Numbered from the stretch's first letter, positions 12,850 through 26,047 are shown. The stretch is 60,292 bases of DNA from Chara braunii (GCA_003427395.1 BFEA01000044.1:2656454-2716745); one strand, 5' to 3'. The notes: a model not told the origin generated them from the letters alone. Numbers and translations are program-made.

Positions 12850-15800
12850 TTAAGTCTTCAAAACGAACCTTTTCCAGCCTGGTGGGCACGACGTCCTGTC
12901 TGCGTTCATTTTTATCATTTCTGTTTTATAGTTTTGCTGTAATTAGAATTTAAGAGTGCCATATGAGGACAAAGGATCACAAAAATCTCTTTTATTTCTC
13001 TCTATTCATCATACTCTATCTATTCATTTTTCTATTGTATAACGAATATATGAGATAATCAATAGTCTATGAAACAAAAACATAAATCTAATTACTAGAA
13101 AAAGCACTNACTCATTTATACGAGAAAATTCAAATTACAATTATAGATTATACCATGCAATCAANAGAATGAATGGTTCTTATTGATTCTTGATTTTGAA
13201 TTCCTGAGGTTTGTGCTGGCTGACCTTGAACTGCTGGTTGCCCACCAGCTGATTGGGGGAGTTGTAGTGACTGTGGGAAGGCAGACTAGACAGGTCAGAT
13301 CCTTTGGGAAAAGAAAAAAAAAAGTAGTGGAGGGACAGACTCGTAGTGGAGGCAGACTCGTAACTACTTGCACAAAAGACAAACAGATGGCGGCGTATGG
13401 TTCCATGTTCTAGCAGAAGATTCATTCTAGTTTTGCACATTTGGTGAGTAGTGGAGGGAAGCCATGAAAAGCATGTGGTGAGGTGGCCTGCTACTGCCCA
13501 GAAAATTGCGTGCTCAGTGGTCCCATAACTGCTGAAACACGAACCTTAATATGAATCAACGCCATATATACTTGGCCTACCATAACCCTAGTCTGGCTAT
13601 GAGCTTTGCCATGTTCATGGTGATGAGGTGCTTGCTAATTATCTGCATGGGCCTCTCGGACAACCTGCTGGGGTTTTCTAATAAATGTTAATTGAGCTAT
13701 TTGTTTTGCTCTCTCTCTCTCTCTCGCGCGCGCGCACATGTTCTCACACATCACACCAGCTTTTGTTTTCCTTTTTATTTCCATGCATCGGCTACCAACG
13801 CACCACACCGCATGTCGCACCGCACACTTGCGCCACAGGTATGATGAGTACCCAATGTTCACCTTCCTGAACCTGACGGACGTTCACCTTCCTGAACCTG
13901 ACCGTGATATGGGGTTCGCTTCTCCGCTCTTTCCTCTCAGGTTCTATCAGACGTGTAGAATGGGCACGATAGGACCATGCAGCCATACACAGCGGAAACA
14001 GCAGGCTGACATTGGCAAAAAGGAGGCGGAGTCCACACACCTGTGTTTTCGGTTACCATCGACGACTACTCAATGTTCGCCTTACTGAACCTGACCGTGA
14101 TATGGGGTCCGCTTCTCTGCTTCTTCCCTCTCGCGTTTCAGACATGTAGAATGGGCACAACCATGAGATCCAGTAGGACCACGCAGCCATACACAGGAGA
14201 ACAGCAGGCTGACATTGGCAAGAAGTTGGCAGAGAAGAAGGAGAGGGAAGAGAAGAAGGGGTAAAAGGAGTTGAGAAAGAACCTGGAGGATGAAAGGAGC
14301 GATTGGAGGAGGAGATGATAATTAAAGAAGAGGAGTTAGAAGAAGAAGACCAACAACAAGAACAAGAGGGAGAAGGTTTGGAAAGAAGGAGAAGGAGACT
14401 TGAGGTAGAAACAGGGGGTGAAGCTGCACAAACCAGCCGAGCTGGTGAACTGAGGTTCAGGGAAGTAGAAGATGAAGATTGGGCGGAGAAATTTGGGCTC
14501 CATACCGAGCTACCAGCAGAAACAGAAGCTGAGAGGGATGCATTCGTAGTTAAGCTGGCAGCATGTGCAGATGAGGAGGAAAATAATCTGATGCTGGAAG
14601 AGAAGCGGAGTGAACTCCACATTCAGTTGCTTGCTCAGTGCTCAGAACAGAAAGAGTATAATGAAAAGAAAAGTTTCAAAAAAGAAGGAGAGAGGCTTCA
14701 AAAGATATTCAGGGAGCAGAAGGGCAAAAAAGTGGAGGTGAAGGATACTCAACTCTCCTAACAGACACTTTACTCCACACCACCCTTGAGCTCAATGCGC
14801 TACAAAGATTTGTAGGCAAAATTGAGCGGCACCAAGAAGAGTTCTCGAGTACTTGGAACAACTTCCTTAGCGCTTCATCCCATAGGATAGACAAGAGAAT
14901 ATTAGACTATGCCCACCAGCTCGATGACCTCTTCACCCATAAATTGATTAATAGAATAGACAAGAGAATATTAGACTATGTCCACCAGCTCGATAACCTC
15001 TTCACCCATAAATTGATTAATACAATTGCTGCGATAAAGATAAGTGGCGGTGACAGAGACGGAGATGGTAGAGATGGTGGAGATGATGGAGATGATGGGG
15101 AAAAGCGTAAGAGGAAGGAAAGGCGTCTGGGGGAACTCCAAGGAGGGAGAAGCTAAAATCAAGGTGCCCTGGACTTACACTGGTAAGAAGGATGACAGTA
15201 TCTACCAGTGGGAGGCAGCGATGGACACTTATCTGTACGGACAATTAATACCGTATCAGGACAGAGTCCTGATGGCCAGCTCATGTCTAGGGGGAGACAC
15301 AGCAAACTTTGTCATTTCGTTAGTGAAAGAGGCAGGATGCATCTCGAAGGTGCAATATTCTCAACAGACCAGAATTGAAGATTTTATGTGGGCGTTGAAA
15401 GACAGATTCAAGGATAAGAATCTGGCCAGAAGAACAAAACACCTGATCCTTAGTATTAGCGACTGCAAGTGGAAGAGTGTGTCAGCACTCAAGGCGACTA
15501 TGGATGAACTCCTCCAGTGTTCCAACCATGGACTGACCCCTGGATTTGAATAATTTTGCTAGAGCACTGCCTGGCCCCATCAAGACCCAGTTATATCCCC
15601 GCATGGAGGAGGGGATGCCATATCAGCAATTTAGTAAGATAGCTGTGGACCACGCCGGTTATTGCCACCATTGGAAAGACCTTCATAAGGGGAAACAGTG
15701 GAAGGACAGGACAATTAGTGGACATATAGAGGGAAACGATAGTTTGCTGGTCACATTTGAAGAAGGGGAGAAAGGCACTTCCCTATGACCAGATAGACTA

Positions 15801-16100
15801 TGGTCTAGATTAGTTTGACAACAGCCATGTGGCCCAGGGAGGGGACTACACAGAGGTTGCCGCCCGTGGGGACGGGCGCCAAGGTAAAGGAGGCTGCAGT
15901 AGATTTGGAGGTCGAGGACCTGCTGCCCAGAGGGGTGGTGGAGAAGGTAGTTACTACGTACAACCCGAAGATCAGCACAAAACGACATTTAGGACTCGTT
16001 ACGGCCACTTCATAGTCATGCCGTTTGGTCTGACCTGCTATCTTTAGCGTGTTGCATGAATGACCATTTTCGTGCTTGGTTAGACAAGTTCGAGGTTGTC

Positions 16101-16496
16101 ACAAGCGGTTAACAGGGACCCCCACTTTTCGGCCCTGGGTAACGATGGATGATCCTGAATGATCCTGAATTTAGGTTTTTTTTGTGTTTTTTTGGAATTT
16201 TTCTTTTTGCCTTTTTTTTATTTGGACAAGCTTTCTGTGTGTCAAATTTGATGTCATTTGGAGTATTAGAATTTGTGTTGTGAAGAGTGGTGAAAATTGT
16301 GAAATTTTGATGACGGTTTTTTTGCCAAAATGTCATGAAAATCTCATATGTTTTTAATTTTTGTTTTTTTGTTTTGTTTTTATAATGTGTTAGTAAGAAG
16401 TGCACTCTATACATCGGTATGAAGTTTGTTTAAAATGGCCTTATGGTTTTCTTACAAATTGAGGCGAAAAATGGGGGGTCGGTTAACCTTTTCTCC
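16101..16496. mobile_element. 396-bp insertion with subterminal inverted repeats and no TSD, next to the RT YLDD motif
   Basis: Removing it restores gtt gtc|tat cta gat gat (VV-YLDD). The left end carries GGTTAACagggacccc and the right end ggggtcGGTTAACC. Confidence 0.8.
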
Positions 16497-16991
16497 TATC
16501 TAGATGATATTCTGATATTTTATAAGACACTGGAAGAACATCAGCAGCACCTTCGCCTGGTTTTAGAGAAGCTGTGAGACACTAACTCCAACCCGAAGTA
16601 GTGTGAGTGGGTCAAGCATCAAGTGTTATGTTTGGGGCATGTGTTGGATGGAGATGGGATAAAACCGGATGATGCCAAAATTGCAGCTATTAGAGATTGG
16701 CCAGCGGCGCATCCGTTGACGGAACTGCATTTGTTCCTAGGGCTAGCCAACCATTACCAGAAGTTCGTACGGAACTTACAGTGATAGCTGCTCATGCACA
16801 GGCTACTGAGGAAAGAGAGTCTGGAAGTGGGATAAGGACTTACCTTGGCCTTCAAGAAGTTGACAAAGTGTTTAATAGTGATAGCTGCTCATGCACAGGC
16901 TACTGAGGAAAGAGAGTCTGGAAGTGGGATAAGGACTTACCTTGGCCTTCAAGAAGTTGACAAAGTGTTTAATCGAGTATCCGGTTCTTAA

Positions 16992-17777
16992 ACCACCACT
17001 GCCTCTGATCCTGTTTTTGTCGACCCGTTCACTGCGCACTGAGTTTTCTCGAGCCTGGGTTCCAACAAATTTTCTTTTCTGGTGCTCCGCGTCAATGGGA
17101 CTAAAAACAAAAAAAAAGACAAGCACAGGAAAAAAAGCAACAACGTGCCCTCATTTTGGCCAGCTGGATACGAAATTGTGGGTAGCAGTGAGAGTATGCC
17201 CTCAGCGAGGGCATTGTATTGGCGCGGTGATCACGGCACTACACCTACTCCAGGAAAAAAAAAAAAAAAAAAACTCTACGTACACAAAAAACAGTTGGAT
17301 ACAAAAATTGTGGGTACAGAGACGCGGTAGCATTTTGCTTTCAAAAACGAACAATTAAAAAAAATGAAAAAACTCCGATCCAGCCGTGAAAATGGTCACA
17401 TACAGAATCTTTCAGTTCATGTGAGATTATGCCCCCCCTCCATCAGAATGTGACAGCAGTGCGTGTATAGCGCTCTGGCTTGCTGGCAGGGAAACGAAAA
17501 GAAAACAAAAGAACGGAAAAAAAAAGCACAAAAAACAAAAGCTGAATCAGGTTGTAGTTATAGTTAGATTTGTTCCCGTGGGTACTGGTGTGAGCACACC
17601 TACTTCACGGCCTTCCCCTACGTCGTTCCTCTCAGTGCAGTTGCTCCTTTTTTTTTCTTTTGCAAGTGGGCCACAAGGCCCAAGCATTTCCTTTTTGCCG
17701 AGCCTAGTCTAGACCCCCCAAAAATGTGGTGTGACGAATGTTCCCTTTTTCCCAACAGTGAGAAAGGTAGTAGTGGT
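16992..17777. mobile_element. ACCAC-ended MITE with TTAA target duplication, 786 bp
   Basis: Junctions are gttcTTAA-accaccact...agtagtggt-TTAAgatg. Excision restores codons V-L-K-M of the RT/RH linker. Confidence 0.88.
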
Positions 17778-18042
17778 TTAAGATGGCTGATCCATCTTTG
17801 CTTTTCATAGTCACGACTGATGCAAGCCAATATGGGATTGGTGCGGTACTCCAACGGAATGATGGTGAGGAGTACGCGCCCGTAGAGTTTATGTCGTGTA
17901 GACTAACTACCTAGCGAGAAGGTTGCAGCCTCAACATATGAAAGGGCTCATCGAGGTGTTAACATAGCTGATCGTTGAAATCCGCAGTATTCTCGGAGGG
18001 CCTCGAAATTAGGCCGACGAGAGTGAAAGGTCTATTTCACCG

Positions 18043-18963
18043 TGCAGATCCCAAATTAGAATTTCAGGGTCGAAATATCTCATTTTAGCCGCAAGTCCCC
18101 AAGTCTGAATAGGCCCAGACAGTCGAAACTGACAAGTAGTCACATCGGGCAACCGAAAGGCAGAGGTCAAACTCAAAAGGTGCCCGATGAACAGTCATGT
18201 CCCACAGTCCAAAATGGAGCAGCGCTCGAAGGAAAAGTTTGGAAGGTACCAGCCCAATATTCCAAAAGCAAACAGGCCGTGGGGAACCGGTACCAGTCAA
18301 GTCAAGCCCAGACCAAGTCAAGCAGAGCCCAGCCAGGGCCCAAGTCGAGCAAACGCCAGTACGGCAGGGCCCAGTCCAAGTCAATAAGAAGACTGGCCCA
18401 GACTCATTTGGGCAGATTGCTCATTCGCGAGAAGGTGGAAACGCTGTTGGTGCTTGTGCGCTATTGCGAGTGACTGAGGGCTAAGGATCCCTGCTGGGCA
18501 GCGCTATGCTGTCGACAGGCGGCCACAGCCGCATAATAGCAGTAGAACTAGCTGAAGTAGGAGGCAGATGTATCCAGGGTTATGATCCTCATAACAGCGG
18601 AAGCAGAGAGAATTTGTCGCATACCTTAAAGGTGCCGACCAGAACAAGAACCGACCTCTCTCACACAGTAGAGGATAGCGCAGCGGAAGGCTAAAATACC
18701 AATGGTCAGACCAATCAATGTTGCAATGCAGACCAGACATACATCATCATCATCGCAAGGCGTGAAGGGCCTGGCGCTACACACAGGAAGAATGCGCCAG
18801 GTCTAGACCATACCCAGACGAAGAGTCGGGGATCAGACGAAAGGAGGGAGAAGATGAGAATGTCGTCAACACCAATGTCGTCGATATCGATCCCAAATAG
18901 TCTCCCATCAATGTCTCTGTCCCAAGGTTGAGTCTGTATCCAAATGTCATCAACATCCCGAAG

Positions 18964-19015
<52 letters not shown>

Positions 19016-19086
19016 GTCTGCCAGATAGCGAGAAGTCAGGTAGCGAAAGGGTGAGGGAGAGATGGTGGACTTAGAAGAGGACGAAG

Positions 19087-19144
<58 letters not shown>

Positions 19145-19300
19145 CCGTACTAACCTGTGAAGGTGGCGCCTTGTTGCAGGTACATCGAAGACGAGGCTGG
19201 AGCTATGGCGCCACAGGTAAGCTCCCGGTAAGTCTCCCAGGCCTCCGACACTCTCCTCTCCCCCAATGCTACTCTAAGATACTACAATGCTACTCTAAGA
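18043..19300 (+). mobile_element. LTR-like fragment containing (CT)n tracts
   Basis: Starts TGCAGATCCC with ccagt/caagt-rich repeats, resembling the reverse complement of 56300-57524. (CT)n tracts at 18971-19013 and 19089-19141. Confidence 0.45.
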
Positions 19301-19599
19301 TCCTAACAGCGCCCAGCACTAAAGACTACTCCTAACGATACTACTACTACTGCAGCGCTCCTGCAGAGTGCTGCGGCCGAATCCTGAAGACTGCCTCCTG
19401 CCTCTTGAACTGCCTGCAGCCTGCCAGGCGGACCAGTACTATATAGTGCTCGTCCGGCTGGGAGGCTGCTCTTGCCCATGCCGAATCGTGCCAGTCCCTG
19501 GCGTTGAAGTTCAAACAAAGGTGGTCTTGAAACGGGCCTAAAAATAACCTGCGCTTAACCCTGGTCTGGCGTCTAAGTCTCAGGACAGGTCAATTTTAC

Positions 19600-20786
19600 A
19601 AGGGCCTGAAAATGGCCCTCCTTTTTAGGCTTTTAGACTGAAATGACACAGGGCCTGGAGGGCCCTTATTTTCCGTCTGGTCGGGCACTGCAGGCCCGTG
19701 TGGATGTGCAGTATGCGACAGAATTCAAGGGAGAGAGAGAGAGAGAGAGAGACAAGAGGGCACATACCTGGTTTGTGATGGTGATTTATTTGAGCGACAT
19801 CTGCACGTCCTCTGCTTCCTGCTGTTGAGTTCTTCTCCGGGTTGCAACGTCATCATTATAGTCCTAAGTGATATAGGACTATATCTGAGTTTATAGTCCT
19901 AAACTGATATAGGACTATATCGAAGTTGTGTGACTGTAGTCTGGGTGCTGAGCGCCGAATAGGGAGAAGAAACACTGGACACCATGAGAGAGGGAGAGAG
20001 ACAGAGGGCGAGAAGAGACTAAGAGAGAGAAAGAGAGTTGCATGAGAGTTGAACTGGGTTACATACCTGATTTGGAAGCTGTTTGCTACTGCGCTGAATG
20101 AGCGCTGTGAGACTCAAACTCAAATATGATCATCCATCGAAGGTTTTAAGCTGCGCTAATCTGCTCTCTCCATCACTGGACTTCGGTGTGGATTTTGTGT
20201 GAACTCTCATGGTGCATATGCTTGGAGTGTCAATATAAGAGGTTAATTGCAATGATGCAAATTTTCCCTTCTTTTCAATTTGGTAAGACATTCCGGTGTG
20301 ACACTGAGGCAAGAGTTGTTTACTTCACTACTATTCTGCATAACATAGTTTTTTTTCAGATTTGTCTTTTCTTTTTTGTGGCATGAGGGCCGGCTGGCTG
20401 TCCAGGCAGGTGTTACATGCTGCGCCTGCAACAGGCTGCACGGGCCAGTTCCAGGCCCGTGACGTTTTCAGGCCAAAAGCCTGAAAACAAGGGCCTACAG
20501 GCCCTGTATCGTTTCAGCCTGAAAGCCTGAAAACAAGATTCTGCATAACAATGATAACATAGTTTGTTTTCCCAATTTTCTATTTCCTTTAGTTTGTTTT
20601 CCCAATTTTTCATTTCCTTTGCAGGGACCTCGACTGGCCCTTGCATGGCTGGGGCATCCGGGCAGCCAAGGTGGCCCTTACAGCCCAGTTGGCACTCCAT
20701 CAATCCCAAGCAGACATAATCTTTGACAGGGGGAACGACACCTTTCATCCTGTGTCCAACCAGAGAGCAGAATGGATACATGTGGA

Positions 20787-20835
<49 letters not shown>

Positions 20836-21459
20836 TTTGTGGCACAACGGCCAGCTGGGCTGTCCAGGCAAGGTGGACCTCGGGGCGTGGTTGGTAATTC
20901 ATCAATAAAGATTTCGGTGCGTCCCTGAGGCAAGAATTGTTTACTTTATTATTCTTTATTATTCTGTTTACTTACAGGATTCTGCATAACATAGTTTTTT
21001 TCCCCAATTTTTCATTTCCTTTGCAGGGACCCTTCCCCAATTTTTCATTTCCTTTGCAGGGACCCCGACCGACCCTTACATGGCTGAACCATCCGGGCCG
21101 CCAAGGTGGCCCCTACAGCCGAGTTGGCACTCCATCAATCCCAAGCAGACATAATCTTTGACAGGGAAGGGATTCTGCATAACATAGTTTTTTTTCCCAA
21201 TTTTTCATTTCCTTTGCAGGAACGTCGACCGGCCCTTGCATGGCTGGGCCATCCGGGCAGTTTTTTTTCCCAATTTTTCATTTCCTTTGCAGGGACGTCG
21301 ACCGGCCCTTGCATGGCTGGGCCATCCGGGCAGCCAAGGTGGCCCCTACAGCCCAGTTGGCACTCCATCAATCCCAAGCAGACATAACATAATCTTTGAC
21401 AGGGGGAACGACACCTTTCATACAGTGTCAAACCAGAGAGCAGAATGGATACATGTGGA

Positions 21460-21518
<59 letters not shown>

Positions 21519-21520
21519 CA
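19600..21520 (+). repeat. Dispersed-repeat family member plus a mosaic of internal duplications with two (CA)n tracts
   Basis: gagggcacatacctgg...gcgacatct is shared with 59545-59600. The module ttcctttgcagggac...aatcccaagcagacata occurs 3-4 times in 20590-21400. (CA)n tracts at ~20788-20834 and ~21460-21516. Confidence 0.7.
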
Positions 21521-21687
21521 CGTTCACGCAGTACATGTCCAGTAGGAGACACCCATTAGCAGCATCTAGCTATGCAATTCCTTTCCTTTCCTTTCTTGGT
21601 GCGTCTCATCTTCAGGCGAAGAAGTCTAAACACCAAGTTTTAATACAGTTCAAACACACTCCATAAGTAGAGGGGAGATGAACATAC

Positions 21688-21784
21688 CATCACTCATGAA
21701 GCCATAGTAAGCTGTACAGAGGCCAAGTTGAAACATTCCTGTGCCCCAGCGGACAGCGAACGCATCCACTGCTACTGCACCACC
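21688..21784 (-). CDS. LCBK1: Internal exon of a sphingoid long-chain-base (sphingosine) kinase, LCBK1-like
   Basis: Bounded by ttcAG and GTatg. Encodes GGAVAVDAFAVRWGTGMFQLGLCTAYYGFMSD, resembling the plant LCBK1 segment GGLTATDVFAVEW...YYGFVSD that follows the 57833-57979 exon. The phase-0 junction is compatible. Confidence 0.85.
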
Positions 21785-22169
21785 CTGAAAACATCACAAC
21801 ATTTTACCACACAGATACAATACGTAACCTGGTTCGAGAAATGAGCTGAACCGGATGAAGAGAACTATATTGAGGCCAAAAGATGCAACAAAGCATTTCA
21901 GCACATTTTGTGATAAAAATAAAGAAGACAAACAGCTCCACATCATGTTTCACTGGGTCACATATTATGCTGCCTGACTTAAAAGAAAGTGCAAGGAAAA
22001 TGAGCAATAACGAAATGACAGATTCCAGATTGCAAAAGCACATTGAAAGCCAGGAAGTCCAACACTGTCCAGAAAGCAGAATTGCACCGATATTGCACCA
22101 ATGGAGAACCAAGCCACTGAGTCCGAGTGTCAATGAGAATACTCTCGCCATCACCAACTAGTATCAAGA

Positions 22170-22780
22170 GCCCTTCCTCATATCTGGCGCTTGGCGCCCA
22201 GATTACGATCACACAGCTACTACCAGCCTACGAATTGACAATGCAACTGTTGACGTCAGCAGCCGAACCGAAGTACACGAAGATGTTGACACTTGTAGAC
22301 AATCGCCAAGACCATACAAGTGCCCACACATCATCATCCTCATCTCTCTCTCTCCCTCGACCACACACAAAGACCACCACCACCTCTGCTGACTGTATCC
22401 AAGCCAAGCACGGCTATGGTTGGGCAGCAGCGCCCTTCCTCTTGCACTACCGCACGCGCATGCTGTCGGAGGGCGCGGTGTCCCAGCCCTCCATGGTGTA
22501 CAAGGCACACCCCTCTGATGGGCCCTCAGTAGTGTATCAGGCTCGCTCTGTGCGCGGCCTGTTCCTGGACTAATCCAGCTGGCTCTCCCACAGCAAAAAG
22601 ATTGGCGTGCACTGGACTTTCCTTTGGTCCACACAGGCTCGCCAGCTGTACAGCAGAGCACTACCCGCTTGTGGCCGTGGTAGCCGCCGGGCTCACCCAG
22701 GGACACGATAGTGAAAGACCGGCGCGTCTTTTCAACTGCACGCCAAGCCCCAGTAGTCAGGTTATGGGATAGGTACAATG
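22170..22780 (-). repeat. Dispersed-repeat family copy, inverted relative to 59260-59720
   Basis: aattgacaatgcaactgttgacgtcagcagc is the reverse complement of 59609-59638. Confidence 0.75.
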
Positions 22781-23440
22781 ACTGCAAAAAGCTCCGAGGG
22801 AAGAATGTAAGAAAAAGAAAAAAAAGAAGAGGAGAAAAATTAAAATGAAAAACTATGTTTCATACCTGAGTTTGGATCAAGACCGCTACTTTTAGGAATG
22901 TCAAATCGGATGGTCCTTGATAGTCGCAGCGCTAGGGATTCCTTTTTCTTCCCTTTTAATATTCTTCTTATTATTTAGTCTTTCTAGATTTCTAGTTCCC
23001 CTTTTTCTTTTCGCGGGGGAACGAACGGTTCGTTTTTGAACCGTGCTTATGAATGGGCGGTCTCAACTGGTCGGCCCTTCGCGTCTTAGGTGCCGTGAGT
23101 GTGACTTGCTAGGCCTCACGATGCAGAGCTTCAAAAGGGGGCGACCCGTAGTTGCTTTGGTAAGAGGCTTATTACCCCCATCAAAGGCCATAAGCCCCCT
23201 CCTTGCCATCGGACACGGGTACCCACTAGGGGTGGTCCGATGACCATATCCCGTTATCGAACCACCGCGCTGCCGAGCTCGCAGTCATTTCGCGCTAAGT
23301 CGAAAAAACTCGGGATTGACCGTAGAAGAGTTTCGCTCATATCATGACCGTTGAGATCAGGCCCCGTTTTCGTTACTCCTTTACATAAATCTTTTTAAAT
23401 TTTAAATACTAATAAACAAATTTTGAGGATTACTTATGCC

Positions 23441-24748
23441 TGTAACGACCCACCATAACACAGACTAAGAACACTGCTGATTTCTGAAGTTCTGCCTATG
23501 GAATGGATGCCTTGCTGAGATTCCCGCATTCTGCTGTGTTTTCTAAGTCTGTATGTGTGCGTGCCTGTTGACTTGCGTGCCTGTCTGAGTGCTTGTCAGC
23601 ATGAGTGTGTGTGTGACCCGCAAGGGTACTTGTTTGTTTGGCAGGCCCGTAGGGCCGGTACTTACCTGTGGCCATGGCATTGAGGGTTGCAGCAGGGAAA
23701 AACACTCAAGTAGCAGGTAGGCCGGTACCGCACCCAGTAGCAGTAGATGTGCCGGGTACTCGAGGCCGAGCAGAAGAAGACAAAGTTAATTTTTTAGAGG
23801 CCCAGTAGTGGTAGGTTAGGTCAAGGCCAGTACCAGTCCATACAGTGAGTCTAGAGCCTTTACGAGCAATATCAGAGTCTGCAATGATGTTTCCCTCCGA
23901 AAGGGAGGAGGTACCGGTTGCTTGGGAGGCCTAGCGGCCTGAAAGTCACCGCCCAAGAGGCAAGCAGGCTGCTATATCAAGAGGTCGAGGCAAGAGCTCG
24001 GCCTCATTCTTCAGTGTGCAAGTTTGGCGACACGCTGCTGGAGCGCTGGCTGGCATGGCGCTGGGTACTACAGCGCTGCTGGGAGGAAGAAGCCGGGAGC
24101 TTCCACCTTGGCTATGGTGGAGCTCTACCAGTAGGAGGAGGAGGGAGAAGGGCACCAAGGAGGAGACTGGCGGGGTACTTACCTGGCTATGGTAGACACC
24201 ATCTTCATCACCTTGTTAGGCACTGCATCCGGAAGGCCCCAGTGGGGGTAGTGCCACAAAAAGGAAGCTCGGGACAGTCAGGCATGGCGGTTGAGTAGGC
24301 AGCGGCATAGCTGCAGGGAGTTGACCTGGGGACAGAAGGGCAGCGGCATAGCTGCTTTGGGTTGTCCTTTGGACAGGAGGGAGAGCCCTCAGTACTCCGC
24401 CATAGCCTCGGCCTGTATGNAGAGGAAGAGGAAGGGTGGCCATGGGTATGGTGGACCTCATGTTGTGCCTGCAGTAGAAGTGACATGGATTCTGGTTCTG
24501 CCATTCAACATTATTATTGGTATTTCTTGTTTGAATAAGAGGGAAGGAGATGATGAGGAGGAGATTGGTTGGCGAGGAAGAAGAGCCTTGTCATTGGTCT
24601 ATGCTGGAGTACATCATCTTCTTCTTCTTCCTTACTTCTTCTTCTTCTTTCCCTCTCTCCCCTCTCAAGTTCATTCATTTCTTTTTGCAATTGGCGGCAT
24701 TGTACTTTCTGATGTTTGTATACTTCGAAATTGGCCAGGATTGTAACA
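23441..24748 (+). repeat. 5' LTR of family B copy 1
   Basis: TGTAACGACC...GATTGTAACA, homologous to 30088-31507. Confidence 0.93.
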
Positions 24749-24749
24749 T

Positions 24750-24763
24750 TGGTATCAGATCGG
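24750..24763 (+). promoter_or_regulatory. Primer-binding site (tRNA-iMet type)
   Basis: TGGTATCAGATCGG 1 nt after the LTR end; the canonical plant form is TGGTATCAGAGC. Confidence 0.9.
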
Positions 24764-25477
24764 ATTCTACTGGCTGGCGAGAGTTGACTTTGCTGCCATA
24801 ACCTTAACCCTAGTGGTAAGGGCTAACCACTTAGGGTTAGGGCGGAAGTTAGGATTAAGTGGGGCAGCGTGGTAAAGGGAAGCTGCCCCCACCTGGCAGG
24901 GCCATGTAGGGTCGACACTAGACCCGGCCAGGTTGCTTGAGTGCATGTTTGTGGTGGCGAGACACAAGGTGGGACTTCGTGATGCAACTTGAGAGATGCG
25001 ACACTGAAGGGCACCTACAACTTGAATCTGGACTTCAAGGAAGCCGAGGAGTGACTTTAGGGCTCCCCTCAAGTTAGGAGAGCTTGAGGGTGGCAGCCAT
25101 ATCTGCACCTACGGACTGCAAGTTGCTGCTTTGATTTTCAACATCGACGGGGGATCCGGCTTTGTACTTTGCAGTAGATGTTGACCCTCCTAGATGATAG
25201 GTAGAGGATGCTAATCGGGTCAGGAGGACTATGTGAGAGGGGGGTGAGTTCTTTCATCTCAAGGGCCCGACCACTCAGGTAAGTGTCGTGCCGCCAGGGT
25301 GCCCATGTGTGTGTACATGGAATTGACTGCCCGTTGGGGTTTTCTGGGTTCTTCTTCCATCCTCCATAGTCTTGATCTTGCGTGAAGTGCGTGAACTGCC
25401 TACTCGCCTGATGAGTGAATGGATGGAGTATCTTGTTTGCCATGCTATATCTTTCTACAGTGCTTCATCTATGTCAT

Positions 25478-25936
25478 TCTGAACGGTTGAAGACCATCGG
25501 TCGCAAACAGTTTCCAGGCAGCAACCGTTTTGCAGCGCACAATCTACTTGAGGATGACGAGGAGACCTTCGCAGAGGATCCTTCTCTTGATGACGATCAA
25601 AAGCAAGGTTGCAAGGCATCTTGCTCTTCGTCAACCTATGAGTCTGAGTATGTGAATGATGATGAATCTATGAATGCCTTCAAGAAGACTCCCTTCAAAA
25701 GTAAGGGACCAAGGACCACAGTGAAGAACAATACTAACACCATTCTCCTTCCCAAGGAAGCGAAGATTCTACCCAAGCCGAAAGATCCTGCCACAAAACC
25801 ATGGGTAGATCTCCGGATCAGTGAAAGTGAGTGGAAAGACAGGGTGAAGAAAGGGGTTTGCCTGCATTGCACCAAACCGGGACATTCAGTCCAACATTGC
25901 TTCAGATTGCAGCAGGGAAACCAGCAAAGGGGGTAG
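25478..25936 (+). CDS. gag: gag C-terminus with CCHC zinc knuckle
   Basis: CLHCTKPGHSVQHC matches CX2CX4HX4C. Confidence 0.88.
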   Translation, partial: SERLKTIGRKQFPGSNRFAAHNLLEDDEETFAEDPSLDDDQKQGCKASCSSSTYESEYVNDDESMNAFKKTPFKSKGPRTTVKNNTNTILLPKEAKILPKPKDPATKPWVDLRISESEWKDRVKKGVCLHCTKPGHSVQHCFRLQQGNQQRG

Positions 25937-26047
25937 AGACATCATCAGCACACTCCACAGACGGAGAGGTTGAACATGTAAGTGCAGATCCTTCACTGGA
26001 TTCTGATCCCACTCAGCAAACCTCTCTTGAAACCCCATCTGATGTTG

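Larger units (their letters stand above)
13170..17945 (+). mobile_element. Ty3/Gypsy element, family A (5' leader, gag, RT, RNase H; protease region deleted), with two nested insertions
   Basis: E-rich coiled-coil N-terminus, then gag KIKVPWTYTGKKDDSIYQWEAAMDTY (15044-15553). RT motifs HKTTFRTRYGHF, MPFGL and DKFEVV|YLDDILIF. RNase H motif EYPVLK|MADPS..VTTDASQYGIGAVLQ. Confidence 0.88.

Noticed and set aside
24830-24845. Telomeric TTAGGG repeats
   Set aside because: Only two units, within the retroelement leader; not an interstitial telomere.
25408-25440. Hammerhead ribozyme (CTGATGAG core)
   Set aside because: No stem II followed by GAAA is visible.
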